This document shows, in pieces, positions 40,431-53,623 of a stretch of DNA of 64,000 nt; the stretch's first letter is position 1, and each line of letters begins with the position of its first letter. Under the pieces are notes generated by a model. That model was not told the DNA's origin. It saw nothing but the letters and a program-made list of their open reading frames with translations, and made no database searches. The translations under genes and the position numbers were made by a program. Source of the DNA: Octopus vulgaris (Eukaryota); the NCBI GenBank assembly GCA_951406725.2, contig OX597817.1:4650001-4714000 (forward strand). The letters run 5' to 3'.

Positions 40431-41214
40431 CTTTTCATTTATTTTGGTACAAAATAGTAAACAACTGAGCACTGGTATTGATGTAATGACTTCGCTCTCC
40501 CGTCAACAATTGTTGACCTTGTTCCAAAATTAGAAATGATTATTATACAGCTCTTAGTTTTTTACATGTGGCCTACGGTGTAATTTACTTCAAAGTTAAG
40601 CTGTTTTGTTACTGAGTTATTTTTAGTATTGCTCTTCCGCAAATAACCCTTATACAAAACGTAAAGTAATTTTGAAGTGTATGCACAGTTAATGTTGTGC
40701 GAGTGAATAGGAAGTTTCTTGTGTAGAATATATGCTATTTCAGCAAGACCTGATCGTTAGTATAAAGCTGCGAACATTTGTATGATACTTCCGGTTTAGT
40801 ATATCTTTCGACTTGTATCCATCAACCTATAACAATTTCGTCGCACGTCTTGCAAAACTTCATTTCTTGTCCTTATAATTTAATAGCTTTTCAACCAAGT
40901 CTCTTCTGTTTATTTTCATTAGAAAAAAGTTGTTAGTTTGCGGTAGCCTCCAGCCCTTTGCAGTGCTCGGGTGCAGAAGAGAAGATAACTACTCTGCAAT
41001 GTATGCCTCCCGCAATCTGGGTAGGGATGCTTCTGACTGACTGGGTGTGTTTACACTTATGTGTTTGCAACGATAATTTGTCTTCCTGACGAAATACAGT
41101 GATTGACTTTCTTATGGATTCAAATATGCTCACACACGTTTTGAAACATGAAATTCATCACAATACATAACAATTTAGAGAATTTATTCATCAAAGTAAG
41201 TAACATTACAATCA

Positions 41215-41900
41215 GCAAATATTTGCCAACAAGTTACAAGTTTGTTTATTCTGGTAACGTAAAAAACTTGAGTTCTGGAGTTGATGATCTCTTTGAACGC
41301 ACACTCAGCATCGGTTTCCTTTTTGAACTCCTTCTGTCGTAGAAAACCATCAAGGTGCTTGAAAAATTGGTAGTCGGTAGGAGAAAGGTCTGTAGAAAAG
41401 CTGTGTGGGGAAGAACTTCGTAGCGAAGTTCCCTCAACTTCTGGAGCGCCATTAGTGAAACGTGAGGTTGAGCAGTCTATTTATGAAGAAGTGATGAGCA
41501 AATTTCATATCTGCGCATTTTCTGTTTCTCATTCAAATCGTGTGGTTTGTCGAATTCTTTTGATTTTTCGATCGCATGCAAATGTTTGCAGGCAGTTTTC
41601 TGGCTAACTTGAAGTTCTTTTGCCAGTTCTCGAGTTGTTTTATATAAATTTTTCTCAATGCCGGTTTATAATTAACCGTCATCGACGACAGATGGGCATC
41701 CACTACGCTCACGAACTTCAAGGCTCAGGTCTCCCCTGCGAAATCGTTTAAGCAATTTTCGAACTGGCCACTCACTGGTCATTTCCTCACCAAAAGTTTC
41801 GTTGGTATCGCGAGCAGTTTCAGCTGCTTTATGTCCCCTTTTTGAAGTTGAATGGCAAAATAGCTCGAATATCGGGCTTTGACAGATCCATTTCAGATGA
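41215..41900 (-). mobile_element. Internally deleted mariner remnant
   Basis: MDLSKPDIRAI...GHKAAETARDTNETFGEE N-terminal HTH region from 41891, plus a LRELRYEVLPH C-terminal motif. Confidence 0.8.
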
Positions 41901-41911
41901 TTGTAACAACG

Positions 41912-42935
41912 ATTTCTTCATTGCCGAAAGGGGGCTAAACATAGAGGGACAGTATAAAGATGGACAGAATCACAAAAGTGGGGGAAAATAAAACGAATGA
42001 GAAGGATGGTATAAAAGAATGAATGCATGAAATGGAGAACCCCGCAATCCAAGTGATCTCAAGGAAACCTTTTAAAACAATTAATCACTTAATAATCACT
42101 TAATAGTCACTTAATATGTACATGTGAAAATTTTTAAAGTTTATGATAGCTTACTGTTGACTGCATTCTCCTGGTATCAATTTCCTTTCGTGAGATAATG
42201 ACATTACTCCCGTAATCCTCACTTAATCTTTGCGAGTTATTTCTGTCCATAAATACACATTTAACTTGTGAGGGCACTCCCTCACATCCTTCAATATTGA
42301 ATTTTAACCACTCAACCAGGTTATTTATTTCCTCTCACAACTCATCAAGTGACTCATTGTAAAAAACAATGCAACTTTTTTCACAGGGATGGACTTGGGG
42401 AAGTTAAAGGTTCCTGTGTTGTTGTATCAGTGTCTGGTGTGGTAGGGTGAGGGTTGGTATCTGCATCGGAAGGGTTGGCCAGAGTGGAGCAGAATGGTGT
42501 CGGGAGGGGAGTTAACATCAATACCCTGAATTCTTCCCTTTTTTCTTTTTCCAGTTTATCATCTTCCATCTTCTTTTCTCTCTTCCTCCATTTGTGGCTC
42601 CTTCCCATCCTCCTTGCCTGGATCCTCCACACTCCTTTCTGTACCACTTTTCATTGCAAGAGGTGGAGGTACGATTTTTCCTTCGGGCCTGTAGTACTGC
42701 TGGTGTCCTTGTGGTCGGCGGAGAACACTCCGCACTTATGTGGCATTTCTGGCCACATTTATAACATTGGCGCATCTATAACTTTTAATACCACCTCCTC
42801 GCCCACCGTTATGGTGTCGATCATTCTTTCAAGGTTCCAAGAGACAGCCTGGGTGATTATCTCCAGGGCCTGCTCTTGCCACTTCTTCCACAGTGTTCTC
42901 GTTGCTCGGAGGACCTTTGAGAATGTTCGATGTTT
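41912..42935 (-). mobile_element. LINE remnant (Tx1/L1-like) with an ORF1 zinc knuckle and a 3' tail
   Basis: CYKCGQKCHISAEC fits CX2CX4HX4C. The tail at 41912-41950 resembles the OR2-like SINE tail. That the two parts belong to one element is inferred. Confidence 0.55.
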
Positions 42936-43278
42936 ATGTAAACATATACATCCAGCCTTCTCAAAAAAAAACCACTACATTAAAACACATGCATCCTAAT
43001 TCCCCAAAGAGGTTTTTCCATGGAATAATATTGAACTTTAAAAGCATAAAGACACTATAGTATATTGGTATACTTATTAATGAATTTTTGTATAAATTTA
43101 TTATTTTTTTGAAGAAATATTATAAAACTCTTTTTTCCCCTTCCTTAACTTTAAAAAACTGTTTCCCCTTCCAAATCTTGAAAATATGCCTTGCAATAAA
43201 AAAACCGGTTTGATTTCCTTTTTTTAATTTTCTTACACCCATCTTTGTTAAAATTTGCTTTCAGTTTAGCATTATGCC

Positions 43279-43345
<67 letters not shown>

Positions 43346-43348
43346 CTC

Positions 43349-43380
<32 letters not shown>

Positions 43381-43385
<5 letters not shown>

Positions 43386-43885
43386 AAAACTCAAAGTAGA
43401 AAATGCTAAAATAATTTTATAAAAAACATTTCAGTACTGGTTTCGGTTATTGAAACTTTTTCAACTGTAAGTATGGAAAAGAATTAAATTTTGGAAAAAT
43501 TAAATGAAAAGTTTTTTAAAAGAATATTTGCATGAGTGCATTGATACGAGCGTGCGCATCTCTTCACTGCTGCGCATACACACGTCTACACTCACTCACA
43601 CACATACACACACATACACACACACGCACAAGAGTACCAGCGAATTTGTCATCTTGCGGCCACTGAAGTACCACGAAGGTCAACGATCATCTCCCTTCAG
43701 CCTTGGCTATTGGTTACCGGCTGTGGTGCCGCCATGCAGATTTCAAAAAGTCAGAAGAACTTTTCTAAAATGCAGGTGTGGCCCGAAAATCTCCGTCTTA
43801 GAGTCCAGGATGCCTCCTGGCACGGGCGAGTCTTTAAAGACCCTCGTGCAGTCGGCAATGCATAATTTGCACTGGACCCCACTAT
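43381..43885 (-). mobile_element. Penelope-like 3' end: GIY-YIG C-terminus, UTR, hammerhead-like motif, (TA)n
   Basis: 43871-43743 reads CKLCIADCTRVFKDSPVPGGILDSKTEIFGPHLHFRKVLLTF*, resembling the CxLCxxE...LNxRxE...CxH tail of PLE endonucleases. Confidence 0.7.
43432..43467 (-). ncRNA. Hammerhead-like motif with U3-A8 covariant core
   Basis: CAG-TTGAAAA-AGTT(TCAAT)AACC-GAAAC-CA-GTA-CTG. Confidence 0.5.
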
Positions 43886-44390
43886 AATAGAGAGAGAGAG
43901 GGGGAACGGTGAATTGGGTAGAAAAGGGAATTAGAGAAGGATGTGGAAGTAAGCAGTATAGAGTAGAGTCGCATCAAAATCGTTAAGATAAGTTTTCATG
44001 GAAATGGATGCGTGGCGTTCACTATATTATATACATATAGTAGTGTACATTTCAGATAATATAACCACTCAATTGACAGGTATACGAGTGGATATTTTAC
44101 CTGGCTTATGGACACTTTGACAACACACACACATAAACACACACACACACATAAGTACACACACATGCATGTATATGTATATATTTACGAGTGTGCATGT
44201 GTATGTGTGTAAGTGACTGTCTGTGTGTGTTTGCATGTGTGTGTGTGTGTGTGTGTGTGTGTGATATGTTTATTGTGGAAGGCTATCTTGAAAAGAAATA
44301 TACTGTGACCTATGCTGCAGTATATGAAGAACTAATAGTCAACAGGAAAGTAATTTATTTACAGAAGTGACAAAAAAGCATAACCAAGCA

Positions 44391-44446
<56 letters not shown>

Positions 44447-44453
44447 AACTGAT

Positions 44454-44525
44454 AAACTTCTGGGTTGAAGAGTGTCTAGTTGACACGATACTGAAATAGC
44501 GGTTAAATATAAATCCCAGAGGTTT
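44454..44525 (+). ncRNA. Degenerate hammerhead-like fold between two (TA)n arrays
   Basis: An 11-bp helix AAACTTCTGGG/CCCAGAGGTTT encloses TTGAAGA-GTGTC(TAGTT)GACAC-GATA. Confidence 0.4.
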
Positions 44526-44623
44526 GGAATAAGAGAAGAATTGTGACGAGATTGATAGTAGGTTTTTTTTTCTGCTTGACGCAGTGAAAAGATTTACTGG
44601 TCTCGAGAGCAATAGTCCTGTGT

Positions 44624-44703
<80 letters not shown>

Positions 44704-44717
44704 TGTCTGTGTGTGTG

Positions 44718-44791
<74 letters not shown>

Positions 44792-45323
44792 AAGTATAAG
44801 TGCAGATCTGCGAAAAAAATAAAGAAGAGATGTTTATTACTGGTTCCGTAAAATTTTGATTTTCGAAATTCAAGCCCAAAGACTGAAATATGCAGGAGCA
44901 ACAAGGTCACACATCTTGAGTAAATACACGAACATGTGTCTCCGTAGGTAAGAAACCTTAAGACATAAACAGAAAATATCAGATAACATGGTAACAAAGT
45001 ACAATAGTTATAGCTAGAATTGGAAAAACGTGTAAGGATATGTTCTATACTTGGCCAATGTTTGAACTAAAAAGGATTCCTCATCATAAAGAAACAAAAT
45101 GTATGATTTGCGTGTTGTGCTGACTTAGTTTGCAGGAACACGTTTAACAATATCACAATTTTAATTGAGAAGACAATTGTTTCTGTAAAGTGTCCACAAA
45201 GCCTAGCCTTTTGTTTTTCATTGCTTTAAATATATTTGTATCGGTCTTCAGTTGCTATATATCGCATTATTAGCCAAAAGATTAACCGCTATTTTTTTCA
45301 TATTCCTTTTAACAGAATGTTGG

Positions 45324-45324
<1 letters not shown>

Positions 45325-45390
<66 letters not shown>

Positions 45391-45437
45391 GTCAACGTCA
45401 TCGTCATCATCATCATCATCTTCGTCATTATCATCAT
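45325..45437. repeat. (TCA)n microsatellite
   Basis: Seen directly in the sequence. Confidence 0.97.
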
Positions 45438-46349
45438 ATCCTCTTCATCATCACCATAAACCTCCAAACCACCACACCCCACCTCAACTACCACCAGTAC
45501 CGGTATCAATAACATCACCAGCTCCTGTTCAATTCCTGTTCAATTCGTCTCAATCCTCTATTCGTGTCAATATCTTGGTTTTACTTTGTATAAAGACAAC
45601 TAGAGTCAGACAAGGAAAAATATATCACATTTAATTTTTCATAATTATCTAGATAATAACAATTGGGTCCCGCACACAATATTTGGAACAGATTCCTTAG
45701 CATAAAAGGACTGTAAAACTGTGTACCGTTAATGTTGTTCATCAAATTAGAAGTAATTTACGGAACATTCTATGAATGATCCTATTGGTTACTTCCAGTT
45801 ACATCCTCATCGAGCAGTTTTACGATTAAGGATGTTGCATTAGAGGCCACGCTGCCATTTTTGCTGAACGAGTGAATGCATGATATGATAGTTGTAGGTA
45901 CAGAAGGCTGCACAAGTACTCGGCTCATAATCGTTGCAGCTGCATGGGCTGGGACATCATGGACTTGTTTGTATGTGTAAAGGTCACAATGCGGCGTTCA
46001 GGAAAGGAATCGAACTTAGATCATTATGACAATGAACCAGAAAACTAATCGCTAACTCATATGCCTTCCACCGCGCTCATTGAACCATGCAAGCTTGGAA
46101 AAGTGGATAACAGAAAATTGTTCAAGATAAATATATAGTGATATAGAGTGGCTCACCACGTTACCCGAGAGAAAGGAAGAAAATTCATAGCAGATGGATT
46201 TTCTGTTCTGTTTTATAGATTTATAATTAATCAGAATTCATCTGAAGAATTGTATTTGATCAATTTAGCATTCATTTCTAAATTAATGTCATAAAATTCT
46301 AATCGCATCTACACTATTATAAGAAATAATACAATCTACCTCCTTTGTA

Positions 46350-47567
46350 TAGGTTCATCCCATGAATAAAGCGTTCTTTTTCAATTGCATTTACTAAAAG
46401 TCGGACGGAGACGGGATAAACTACTTGCGTCAGGTAGTAATTTTACTTTGTACTTATTCTAAGTCCTAGATTTGAAGAGTGCATTTCGATTTTAAGTGTT
46501 ATTTGTACAAAGCAATAATGGAATTGACAAAGGAGCATATTCGGCATATTTTACTTTATGAGTTTAATAAGAGCAACAACACAAGAGTAAGTGCGAGGAA
46601 TATTAATGCAGTATATAAGGATCGGACAATAAGCTTAAGCCAGTGTCGGCGGTGGTTCCAAAAATTCCGAGTCGGAAATTGCAGCCTGCAAAGCGAACCG
46701 TGTCCTGTAGAGCTCGACGAGGACGTCCTGCAAAACCAGGTGGAGTAAAACGCCCAGAGAAGCTTGGATTTGGTCATTCAACCGTTCATTCATCGACACG
46801 TGCATGACATCGGAAGAGTCATCAAAATTTGGTCAATGGGTTCCTCACAAACTTTCCGAGGTTAATAGCGCACAGAGAGCGAATGTATGCTCTTCTTTAC
46901 TGTCATACCTCAGGAATGAACCTTTTTTGGACCGAATAGTGATTGGTGAAGAGAAATGGATCTTCTATGAAAATGTGAAGCGCCGAAGACAGTGGATAAG
47001 GAAAAGAGAAAGAGTGGCTTCCCAGGCTAAAGAAGATCTTCACCCCACGTAAGGTATTATTATCTGTTTGGTGGGATATTAAAGGTTTTGTCCACTTTGG
47101 ACTTTTAAAACTAAACCAAACAATAACAAAGCAAATCCACTGCGAGCAGCTTGAGAGGCTTAAGTCAGAGCTAGAAGAAAAACGACCATCTTTAGTTTGA
47201 AGACGAAAGGTGTTCTTCCATCAGGATAACGTTCGGTCACATACAGCAAGGATGATATTCCAAAGGTTGGAGCAGTTTGAATGGGAAACGATGCCTCACC
47301 CAATATATTCGCCGGACATTACCCCATCTAATTATCAATTATTCCGCAATCTTCAAAACCATTTGGACGGAAAAATAGGAATTCTGTAGACGTGGTTAGA
47401 ACAGTGCTGAAGGATTGTTTCTCGTCACGGAGTCTCCCAGATAGATGGAAGTGCATTGTAGAAAATGAAGGAGAGTATATTTTAGATTAAAAATGAGAGT
47501 TGTTTATCTTAATTTCGAAAACTAAAAGAAGTATAAAAAAACCTACATTATTTATGGGATTACCCGA
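46350..47567 (+). mobile_element. Near full-length decayed mariner (DD34D-type) transposon
   Basis: Imperfect TIRs (ATCCCATGAATAA / TTATTTATGGGAT) with TA flanks. Motifs MELTKEHIRHILLYEF, WVPHKL, IVIGEEKW, HQDN and YSPDITPSNY. Stops and frameshifts present. Confidence 0.93.
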
Positions 47568-47637
47568 TACTTACAAATGTTTTCCTATACGTATTCACTT
47601 CATGATATATGTATATATGTTTGTGTGTATGGGAGGG

Positions 47638-47674
<37 letters not shown>

Positions 47675-48128
47675 CGTGTGTATGAGAATGTGTATATGTC
47701 GGATTAATGTTTTATATAAATACGCAAAACCTAGTTTATACGAATTTGCTTCAGCAACGACCTTATGCTAAGACGTGTGGCTTCAGATAGGTAATACTTA
47801 CTGTAGAAGTTGAAGAGTCTTCAGATTTTTAGTATCTTTATTATATTTTGGAACTAACATGCATCACGGTGTGTTTAATCTTAATCTTCAGAAAGATAAG
47901 ACTGTTTAGCTGAAGGCAATGCAACAGCAAATGCAGTCGAATCTACCACTGTAATAGACTGTATGGCTTTCTAAGTACCCCTAGAAATTATTCGTAATTG
48001 ATTCCTTTTCTTACAAGCCTGTCTGTATTGAATTTTATTGCAGAATGAAACAATATAACCTATATCTCTAAAAGTTTCTGTCAGCTCAATGCAATAATAA
48101 TAATAACAACAACAACAACAACAACAAC

Positions 48129-48193
<65 letters not shown>

Positions 48194-48298
48194 CTATAGT
48201 AATGATATGAATATATAAGGTATATAAATGCATACTTTATTCACCTACATATGTGTATACATATGTATTTATCATCAGTATATGTTTATACAAATATA

Positions 48299-48336
<38 letters not shown>

Positions 48337-48367
48337 GCATACGCATACACATATATGTATATATGCA

Positions 48368-48475
<108 letters not shown>

Positions 48476-49170
48476 TATATAAAACTGTATACATGTATGT
48501 GCATACGTCTGCGACAGTGTGTGCTTATGTGTATGTGTGTGTATGAGCATATGTGTATGTGTGTGTGTGTGTGTTTGTGTGTGTGTATGTATGTGCATGT
48601 GCAAGTGTGATAGATTTGATAATGCATGTGTGTTTCATATTTGGAAGGATATATGTGACATACATGTAATCGCTTTATCGTCTTAGTGTACTATCTAATG
48701 TTTTGATAAAAAAAATAATAATGATGATGACGTGAATCGACCTGCCTCTAAAGTGTTTGTCAAAATCAGCCAGACATTAATCTTATTCTTGTTCTTCTCA
48801 TTAGAAATACTTCTATGCAATAGATTACATAAAATTTTGAAATGCTATAACCTGTAGACGCTGCAATGACGTATACGTGTTTTAAAATTTATTTTATTCA
48901 TTATGTGTACTGTAAAACTGTGAAGTATTTTAGTATGTGGTGTGTTTGGTTTAGTGGTGTGAAATAACGTAGAACTGTGTTGTAATACTCCAGGAAGATC
49001 AGATTCCTTTCTATAATTCCTTGAGAAGGCTGTCAAGTGTTATAACAAATGCATAGCATTGCATGAAAAATATCCTCCAAACATTCTCATCACTTTAAAT
49101 ATTTCGGCTTCCTAAGTATCAGACAGGATGAGTAGGATATATATATATATATGTGTGTGTGTGTGGAATG

Positions 49171-49506
49171 TGGAAGCACTCCGTCGGTTACAACGATGAG
49201 GGTTCCGGTTGATCCGAATCAACGGAACAGCCTGCTTGTGAAATTAACGTGTAAGTGGCTGAGCACTCCACAGGCACGTGTACCCTTAACGTAGTTCTCG
49301 GGGATATTCAGCGTGACACAGAGAGTGACAAGGCCGGCCCTTTGAAATACAGGTACAACAGAAACAGGAAGTAAGAGTGAGAGAAAGTTGTGGTGTACAG
49401 CAGGGATCCCACCATCCCTCGTGGAGCAGGTGTTTTCGCAACGCCCGGTCTGGAATCGAAATCGCGATACACCCGAGTCCACGCCCTACCACTGGGCCAT
49501 TGGCCT
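49171..49506 (-). mobile_element. OR1-like SINE with an alternative 3' tail
   Basis: Head and core match 4815-5007, but the tail differs. Confidence 0.85.
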
Positions 49507-49507
49507 C

Positions 49508-49554
<47 letters not shown>

Positions 49555-49584
49555 GTTTAAGCATTTGGGATGGAGCGTGAGTCC

Positions 49585-49850
49585 CGACCCCAGGCTTATT
49601 CTTTTAAGCCACAACTTTCTCTCACTCTTACTTCCTGTTTGCACACCAACATCGGTAGTAGATGTACAAACACAGACACACAACGGTAATCTTTCAGTTT
49701 CCGTCTACTGAATCCACTCACAAGTCGTTGGTGGGCCCGAAACTATAATGCAAGACAATTGTCCAAAGTGCCATGTGGTGGGGCTGAACCTAGAACCATA
49801 TGGCTGGGATGGGAAGCAAGATCCTTACCACACAACCACTCCTGCTCCTA
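49585..49850 (-). mobile_element. OK-like SINE, diverged, with a 32-bp foreign insert
   Basis: CTTTCAGTTTCCGTCTAC...ATCCACTCACAAG motifs. Insert at 49609-49640. Confidence 0.8.
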
Positions 49851-50039
49851 TAATATAATATCATATTATATTATATTGGAAATAAAAATACATAAAATAA
49901 AGAAACGGGAATGATACAAATGCCAAGTGCTCAGTCCGAGCCAGACACCAAAACATCAAATGTCGAAAGAAAAGAGAGAGAGTGTAAGCAAATTGGAGTT
50001 GACTATAGTCATTATATCTGTCGCGGTAATAGAAATATA

Positions 50040-50476
50040 ATCCTTTCTATTACAGGCACAAAGCTTGAAATTCTTGGCGAGGGGACAATTCGATTACATA
50101 GATTCCAATGTTTCACTTTTACTTAATTTATTGAATCCGAAAGGACAATCCGACACCGGCGAAATTTGAACACAGAACGTGAAGACAGACAAAATGCTAC
50201 GAAGTATTTAGTCCTGCGTGCTAGCGATTCTGCCAATAGGAGTACAATAAATTAAAATATAGACAGTGGCTGTAAAAGGTATCACATTATTTGTAAGACA
50301 ATTATGCAAGAGTGAACATAATAATACATACGTTTATCAAGACGGCAAACAGGCGGAAACGTTAGCACGCCTCTCGAAATGCTTAGAGGCATTCATCCTT
50401 TCGTGGTCGATAGATTAAATACCAGTTGTGTACTGGGGTCGATCTAGTAGAAAAGTAGGGGCCTAGAGTAGAAAAG
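50040..50476. mobile_element. Two OR2-like SINE remnants (about 50040-50235 minus, 50343-50476 plus)
   Basis: TTCATCCTTTCGTGGTCGATA core and GAAATTTGAACACAGAACG B-box region. Confidence 0.7.
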
Positions 50477-50751
50477 AAAATATATACATTTATCAAAAAA
50501 CAGAAGAAAAAGAAAAGAATGAGTAAATTGAGAAATCCTAGTAATTCTCCATACATAAGTCATATATCTTCTGCATAAGTATCCTAATGTTACAGAATAA
50601 GAAAAAGTGCAGAGAATCCTAGTTTCATTTTAATGGTTTATCCTGGATAGAAAATTTTAAAAAATGGCGATTTCTCTTAAGCTGCTCCCATGCTAAGAAT
50701 GCAAAAGTTATTCATTACAACTCTTTCAAGTGTTGCTGCTGAATGTATATA

Positions 50752-50783
<32 letters not shown>

Positions 50784-50869
50784 AAATATTAGGGAATAAA
50801 TCCAAACTTACAGGGAAAAATCAGATTTAGGATTGAATCCAATTTTATAGTAAAATATTATATTATATT

Positions 50870-51076
50870 AAATTAGAGACAAAACCACTATTATGCAAAT
50901 CAAACAATGAAAGACTTAAGCCAATACATAAATTAATTCATATTATTTAGATATGTAACAATTATTAATTATATTTTTTAATAATTGTTACATATCTAAA
51001 TAATATAAATTAATTTATGTATTGGCTTAAGTCTTTCATTGATTGATTTGCATAATAGTGGTTTTGTCTCTAATTT
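50870..51076. repeat. Near-perfect palindrome with arms of about 99 bp and a 9-bp spacer
   Basis: 50870-50968 is the reverse complement of 50978-51076 with about 2-3 mismatches. Confidence 0.95.
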
Positions 51077-51140
<64 letters not shown>

Positions 51141-51235
51141 GGGAGAGAGAGAGAGATACATACTTATATTTTCTCTGAACCTGGAACTATGAGGTTCGTA
51201 AGCAAGCTACTTGCAACACAGCCACTATATCTTTA

Positions 51236-51400
51236 AAATTTACAGAAAAACAAATGACGAAGACAGGTGTATAAACAACAAGCAGGTGTATTAATTGATG
51301 CTCGGGAAGGTGAGAAAATCCTCTACGTTTCGAGCCAACGATGTTCAACAGAAAGGTACACGAGGAAATAAAAGACAAAAAATTTGGAGTTAGCGGTCAA
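51236..51400 (-). mobile_element. Family A hammerhead-bearing repeat
   Basis: CTTT-CTGTTGA-A-CATC(GTTG)GCTC-GAAAC-GTA-GAGG at 51320-51355. Stem II is decayed. Confidence 0.65.
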
Positions 51401-51433
51401 TGTGTGTGTGTATATTTTATAATACCTTTACAA

Positions 51434-53623
51434 ATGGATTTGGAATATTACTACCTGGGATATTCAACGAAGAATATCTCAACATCACTGAACGAACTCT
51501 ATACAAAGCTGCTGCTGGAGAAAATAATCGAATTGATCAGGCGGATGCGATGGACGGCTTCTACTTTGACCATCCCAAAAAACCAACGGAAGCCGAACAT
51601 TTTGGGCTTAAGTCCAGGAAGTTTCCTCCCAAGATTAAAGAACTGGGGACCTTTGAAAACGATTATTTGAACATAATTCTCTGCCTGGAATTCCGTAAGT
51701 CTTTAAACGATTTCCAAAATAAACTTTGGACCTCATACAAGGCAAAAGATTTGTATAGAATAAGTAGTGACACATTCGCACATTTCCTTAACAACAGCAT
51801 TACACAAGAATACAGGTGGGTTACCGACTAGACGTACGATAGTATTAATCAGGAGGCAAGAGATATAGCCTTTAAAACTAGGTATAGATGATGGACCAAA
51901 GTCTCTGGCGAAGAAAGAGGCCTTCATAACGATCAAGGATCACAAGCCAAACTTTGCCTCTAACCGTAAATGAAGGCTGATAAACCCTGCGAAGTCTAAG
52001 ATCGGACAGTTGAGCAAACAGCTCATCGAGAACGGCGTTATAAACGCCTCTGACTGCGCCCTATGGCACAACACCAACGAAATCATTACATGGTTTAAGG
52101 CCAGCACCGGTAGTCGTAGAGCTAGGTTTACCCGATTTGATATAGTGGACTCCGACCCATCTATAATAAGGGAGCTATGCTGATGTCAGCGACGAGGACA
52201 TACGCATTATCATGCACGCCAAAAGAACCCTACACTTCAGTAGGGGGTCCGCTTGTACGAAGCACGCCGACTTGGAGGGCTCCTACGATGTGGCGATGGG
52301 TGCTTTTGACAGCGTAGACGTATGTGACCTAGTCTCTTCATCCTAGATATATTGAAAAAGAAATTCCCTTCAACCAGCTTTGGCCTCTACAAGAACGACG
52401 CGCTCACACCCTAAATAGGCTCAGAAAGGACCTCACAACCAACATGAACTCCCTCGGTCTGAAGGTCACTATAGAGGTTAACCTTAAAACAGTCTATTTC
52501 CTTGACGTGACCCTGGACATGGAATCAGGAGCCTATAAGCGCTTTGAGAAACCAATTGAGAAGTTGTCTAACATTAACACACGTTCATACCATCCCACCA
52601 GAGTGTTCAGGAACCTGATTAAGGGCGTAAGCAGGAGAATCTTCAGCATGTCTTCAAGCAAAATGACATTTGATGCTGCTGCCCCGCACTACAACCAGGC
52701 TCTGGCTGCAAGCGGTTTAAAGGATAATAGTAGTTACATGCCAGACTCGAGCTATACCAAGAAAAAGCGCCACCATAAAGTACTGTGGTTTACACTGCCA
52801 TTCTTTTTAAACGTTAGGACAAGAGTAGGTATGATCTTAGTTTAGCTGATAGGTACTTCCCCCGTACCAATAAAGTCAGCAAAATATTTAATAGACACAC
52901 CCTGAGATTAAACCTCAGCTGTGCACCTAGTGTAAAAAAGGTTTTAGTAGGTAGACATAGACCCGACACTAGGGCAGGCTACTCTTGCAGGGGTAACACA
53001 ACTTATCCACTAAGCAGCCACTGCAATACAGAAACACCAACAGGACACAATGGACAACCGAGTGTGCGGGAATATGTGGGGGAAATGGAAGGCTCATTCA
53101 GAACCCACTTCAGAACCCACAAGTTCTCATTAAAAATACCAGAGGGATGTAACGCCACAACCCTAACCCAGTACATCTGGGCTTTGTAAGAAAGTGCCAC
53201 GGAGTACAGCATAAAGTGGAAGATCTTAGAAAGTTGCAAACCGTACGTCAATAGCAGCAGAACGTGCAGATTATGGAGTTGGGACAGCATGTTCTTTGGC
53301 TATTTCCTTAACTTCTTGGAGATTTTAGGTATAATTATACTTATATGTCCATCTGTTATAGTTTAATTAAATTCTATGTCTTTGTGCAGCTGAAGATTGC
53401 TCTGCATTTTAAATTGATGTAATGAGTGCATTGTTCAATTAAATGGAGTTTCATGAAACGATCGTACTGCATTAGCTCTAGATATCCTTGTTCCTTATTT
53501 TGATATTAATCACCTTACTTTGAAATTGTATGGATAATACCGTACTAAATTCTGGTGCCTCAACTTATTTACCATATTCATCTGAATCTAAATTTTTGCT
53601 GAACTCATCTACCATACACAAAG

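Noticed and set aside
42518-42775. CCHC knuckle read as retroviral gag or a host gene
   Set aside because: No LTRs, protease or integrase nearby. A LINE ORF1 remnant is the simpler reading.
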